Source of the DNA: Octopus sinensis
Taxonomy: Eukaryota
Reading direction: 5' to 3'
Length of the DNA: 64,000 nt
NCBI RefSeq assembly: GCF_006345805.1
Contig: NC_043005.1
Location: forward strand, 98,952,001-99,016,000
Numbering within the stretch: the first letter of the stretch is position 1; the number at the start of each line of letters is the position of its first letter. This document shows, piece by piece, positions 60,031-64,000 of this stretch. The position numbers were made by a program, and so were the translations under genes. A model generated the notes under the pieces. The model saw nothing but the letters and a program-made list of their open reading frames with translations. It made no database searches and was not told where the DNA came from.

Positions 60031-61420
60031 TACTTTGGAGAAGGTAATCCTAGATATACTTCTAAAGATGTTGGGGGTGGTCATGGTTGGAACATATTTG
60101 ACCAAAGGTAGACTCAATTAGGACTGGTCTGGAGCCAAACAACAATAGCGATGATTAAATTCTAAAACAACATACCTAGCACAGTAAAGGCAAAGCTGTG
60201 TTGCTCACCCCTAAGATACTGAAGTTTGACCAGAGCCTTATTTCAGGTGCACACAGAACAGACAAGATATGTTTTTTTAAAAAATCTTTTAGTCAAGTTG
60301 GGGGTGAGGTAGTGTGCCACAAGACTTTGCAGAACCTCTGAGTCTATTAGCAGAAGATCTGGTCGGATAGTTTATGACAGAGTGGACCCCATTAATGATG
60401 TCTAAGATGCCTGGTAGTGGTATTAAACTGGGTGTCAATTCAATCTGTAAGGTAAAGTGCAGGAATGGTTGTGTGGTTAAGAAGTTTGTTTCCCAACCAT
60501 ATGGTTCTAGGTTCAATCTCACTTTGTGGCACCTTGGGCAACTGCCCCAGGCAAACAAAGGCTTGTGAATGGATTTGGTTGACAGAAACCTCTTCTCTAT
60601 ACATTTGCATATGTTGTGTGTATGTATGTGCGCATGTGTGTGTACGTGTGTATGTTTGTGTCTCCTTCCCTTGGCATCATATGATAGGTGTAAATGAGTA
60701 TCATACAAATAGTATCCTTCATTTCTGCTATTCTGCAAAAATATGTCTGGCCATGGGGAAAATGTTACTCTGCTTGGAAACAGATGAGGGTTGGTGACCA
60801 GAAGGGCAGCCAATTGTAGAAAATCTACCTCAGCAAACTCTGTCTAATCCATATAAACATGGAAAAGTGGACTTTAAAATGATGATGATGATGACGACCG
60901 AAGTAGGCCATGATGGAAAGAAGCAGCACAAAACACAAAACACAAAACACAAAACACAAAACACAAAGCATGTGAACTGACATCGTTAGAGTTCCACCAG
61001 TTCCTCACCCTGGTGACTGAGCTTGGAATGTAGAATGTGAGGCATCACCATTATCATTCCACCAGTTGTAGACTGGCTACAACTGGGATTTCGACAGAGA
61101 CTGAATTTTTCAATTCTCAATATCAACTTTGTGGCTTTTAATGAAACTTATCTTTTAAGAGCATTGGAGTCCCTCACTTCTACAGATGGTGTTTGTATTT
61201 CTTTATTATTGATTAGTCAAGGGCAAACTGTGGCTCGTGAGATTTTTCTGAATGGTTTAAAGAAAAATTACCTTTAATTTTTTTGATAGTGTGGCCCACT
61301 TGAGAATGAACCATTTCCCATGTGGGCCACTTCTTAAACAAAAAAGTTGCTCATGCCTGATGTAGAGAAAAAGAGCGGAGAGGGAGGTAGAGCAAGCATT
61401 AAGAAGGCAGGAGAGTGTGT

Positions 61421-61452
<32 letters not shown>

Positions 61453-61799
61453 ATGAAAGAAGAGATAAATATCAAAGAATGATGAACTGAAATAACCAAG
61501 TTTCCAAAACAGTTTTCAGTTTTGTGAAATGAACTTTTGTTATTTTACTGGGTCTAGAGAATTGTGGGATTGTTAATAGATAAAAGAGAAGGAGGAGGTG
61601 AAGGAGACTGAAGTGTTCCGATATTGTATTTTGGAGAGTAAGTATTTTGTTTATGGTTGCATTGTGACAGTATCCCTATACTTAGTTGATAAATAGAATA
61701 CGTGTGTGTAACTTGTATGAAACGTGTGTGTGTGGAATACGTGTGTGTGTGTGGGAGAGTGTTTGTGAAACAGTACATAATATTTGGTAGCAATAATAA

Positions 61800-62790
61800 A
61801 GTGAGCTGGCAGAAAATTTAGTATGTCTGTCTTTACGTTCTGAGTTCAAATTCTGCTGAGGTCATCTTTACCTTTCAGGATTGATAAATTAAGTACCAGT
61901 TGTATACTGGGGTTGATCTAATTGACTGGACCCCTCTCCCAAAATTTCAGGCCTTGTGCCTCAGGTAGAAAAGAATATTTGGTAGCAATAATAAGGCAAT
62001 GAGCTGAAAGAATTGTTAGCAAGCTGGACAAGATGCTTAACGGCATTTTGTCCATCTTTAGGATCTGAATCCAAATTCCATTGAGGTCAACTTTACCTTT
62101 AATCTTTTCAGGGTCAATAAAATAAGTACCAGTTGAACACTGGGGTTAATGTAATTGACTGATCTCTCCCCCCAAACTGCTGGCCTTGAGTAAAATTTGA
62201 AACCAATAAAGTTTATAGAAAGGCATAAACACCTTAAAATCACATTTTCCTTTATCTGTTAATTTCAGACATCATAACACTGCAATAAACCAACTGATGG
62301 CAGAGTTAAGTTTCTGTAACCTAACATTAAACCAACAATCATGCCTCTCCCTCTATCTAAGGTGGCAAGCTGGCAGAAATGTTAGCACGCAGGGGGAAAC
62401 GCTTAGCAGTATTTCGTCTGTCTCTACAATCTGAGTTCAAATTCCGCCGAGGTCGATTTTGCCTTTTGTCCTTTCAAGGTCGATAAATTAAGTACCAGTT
62501 ACGCATTGTGGTCGATGTAATCAACTTAATCTCTTTGTATGTCCTTGTTTGTCCCCTCTTATGTTTAGCCCCTTCTGGACAATAAAGAAATAAGAAATGT
62601 TAGCATGCCAGGCAAAATGTTTGGAGGTATTTCGTCTGTCTTTACATTCTAAGTTCAAATTCGGCCAAAGTCGACTTTGCCTTTCATCCCTTCAAGGTTG
62701 ATAAATTAAGTACCAGTTGTATACTGGGGGTCGATCTAATCGACTGGCCCACTCCCCACAAATTTCGGGCCTTGTGCCAAGAGTAGAAAA
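61800..62790 (+). mobile_element. Cluster of four co-oriented family B SINEs (61800-61976, 61995-62207, 62362-62597, 62598-62790)
   Basis: Repeated family body; last two are fused head to tail. Confidence 0.9.
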
Positions 62791-62961
62791 GAATCACATC
62801 TCTCTCTCTATAAGCATCAGATTTTTGTCTCTCTGTGATCACTGTGAATTGAACTCATTGAAGCCTCAGTGGTGGACAATTTCAGTTTTCTTTCATTGTA
62901 GTTACTTTACTTGATGTAGATTAATACTGTGCAGTTCATTCTGTCCCATTTAGAATTGTAT

Positions 62962-63402
62962 TCTTTTATTCTTTTATTTGTTTCAGTCATTTGACTGTGG
63001 CCATGCTGGAGCATCACTTTTAGTCAAACAAATCAACCCCAGGACTTATTCTTTGTAAGCCTTGTACTTATTCTATCGGTATCTTTTACCGAAACGCTAA
63101 ATTATGGGGACGTAAACATATCAACATCAGTTGTCAAGCGATGGTGGGGGTGACAAACACAGACACACAAACATATAGACACATACACACACACACACAT
63201 ACTCTTTTACTCTTTAACTTGTTTCAGTTATTTGACTGTGGCCATGCTGGAGCACCACCTTTAGTCGAGCAAATCAACCTCAAGACTTATTCTTTGTAAG
63301 CCTAGTACTTATTCTATCAATCTCTTTTGCCGAACCGTTAAGTTACGGGGATGTAAACACACCAGCATCGGTTGTCAAGTGATAGTGGGGAGACAAATAC
63401 AT

Positions 63403-63436
<34 letters not shown>

Positions 63437-63597
63437 GACGGGCTTCTTTCAGTTTCCATCTACCAAATCCACTCACAAGGCTTTAGTCAGCCTGAGGCTA
63501 TAGTAGAAGACATTTGTCCATGGCACCGCACAGTGGGACTGAACCGGGGACCATGTAGTTGATAAGCAAACTACTTACCACGCAGCCACTCCTGTGT
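62962..63597 (-). mobile_element. Tandem family A SINEs (headless 62962-63200, full 63205-63597)
   Basis: Repeated tail and body on minus strand. Confidence 0.9.
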
Positions 63598-64000
63598 CTA
63601 TTCTAAGAAACTGATGGTAAAACTAACCGAGAACTTAAAATGAAAACTGATTTCTGTGTAACTAGAGCACAACTAATGGATGGAATACATTTTTTTTTTG
63701 TTTTGTAATTTCATAGAAGAGAGTTTCCCTGAAGCTAAAAAAATTAACAGTTAACATTTTAGAAGCATTGAAGGGTTGTGTTGGTGGCGCTTAGATTGAC
63801 ATTTTGGTCTCTTCATCGTTATTCCTCATTTTGAATTCTCTTCTTTATAGATATGTGTATGTACGTATATGTGTACGAATGTATGAGTGTATGAACTAAT
63901 ATGTATGCATATATTTGTACATGTATATTTGTGGAAGTAAACTATTTTGTGAATTTTAAAAATTTGCTTGTGTGTGTGTGTGTGTGTGTACGTGGGTGTA

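Noticed and set aside
60966-61025. C/D snoRNA (AAGC...CTGA-GCTT terminal stem)
   Set aside because: Box C is incomplete (ATGTGA) and no convincing guide is present

Overview
AT-rich, microsatellite-rich animal genomic DNA. The repeat complement (tRNA-head SINEs, RTE/R4-Dong/Tx1 LINEs, mariner, MITEs) looks like an octopod cephalopod; that is an inference. No intact host gene is visible. One 45-nt Ig-like candidate exon (873-917, minus) suggests the window may be intronic. Most long ORFs in the track are microsatellite artefacts or decayed transposon ORFs. Recognisable elements: two RTE-type LINE fragments with an embedded PHD-like finger; two R4/Dong LINE 3' portions in (AAT)n tracts; an L1/Tx1-clade LINE (about 39.4-43.0 kb) lacking its endonuclease, followed by the 5' part of a related element; a third ORF1 relic; a full-length decayed mariner; a maT/rosa-like Tc1 relic; a Chapaev3-like deletion derivative; a miniature Gypsy LTR-integrase-LTR unit; several MITE families; and about 30 SINEs. 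Most notable observations: (1) seven unrelated minimal type I hammerhead-ribozyme-like folds with palindromic, dimer-type stem III, in Penelope-like repeat ends on both strands; (2) a SINE subfamily sharing its 3' tail with the Tx1 LINE, whose junctions repeat a SINE-head motif, suggesting targeted tandem insertion; (3) an 80-bp mariner fragment apparently templated into a Dong LINE; (4) a near-perfect 204-bp palindrome and nested inverted repeats that could form dsRNA; (5) a tight Pbx-Hox/E-box motif cluster. All alignments were done by eye; no searches were run.
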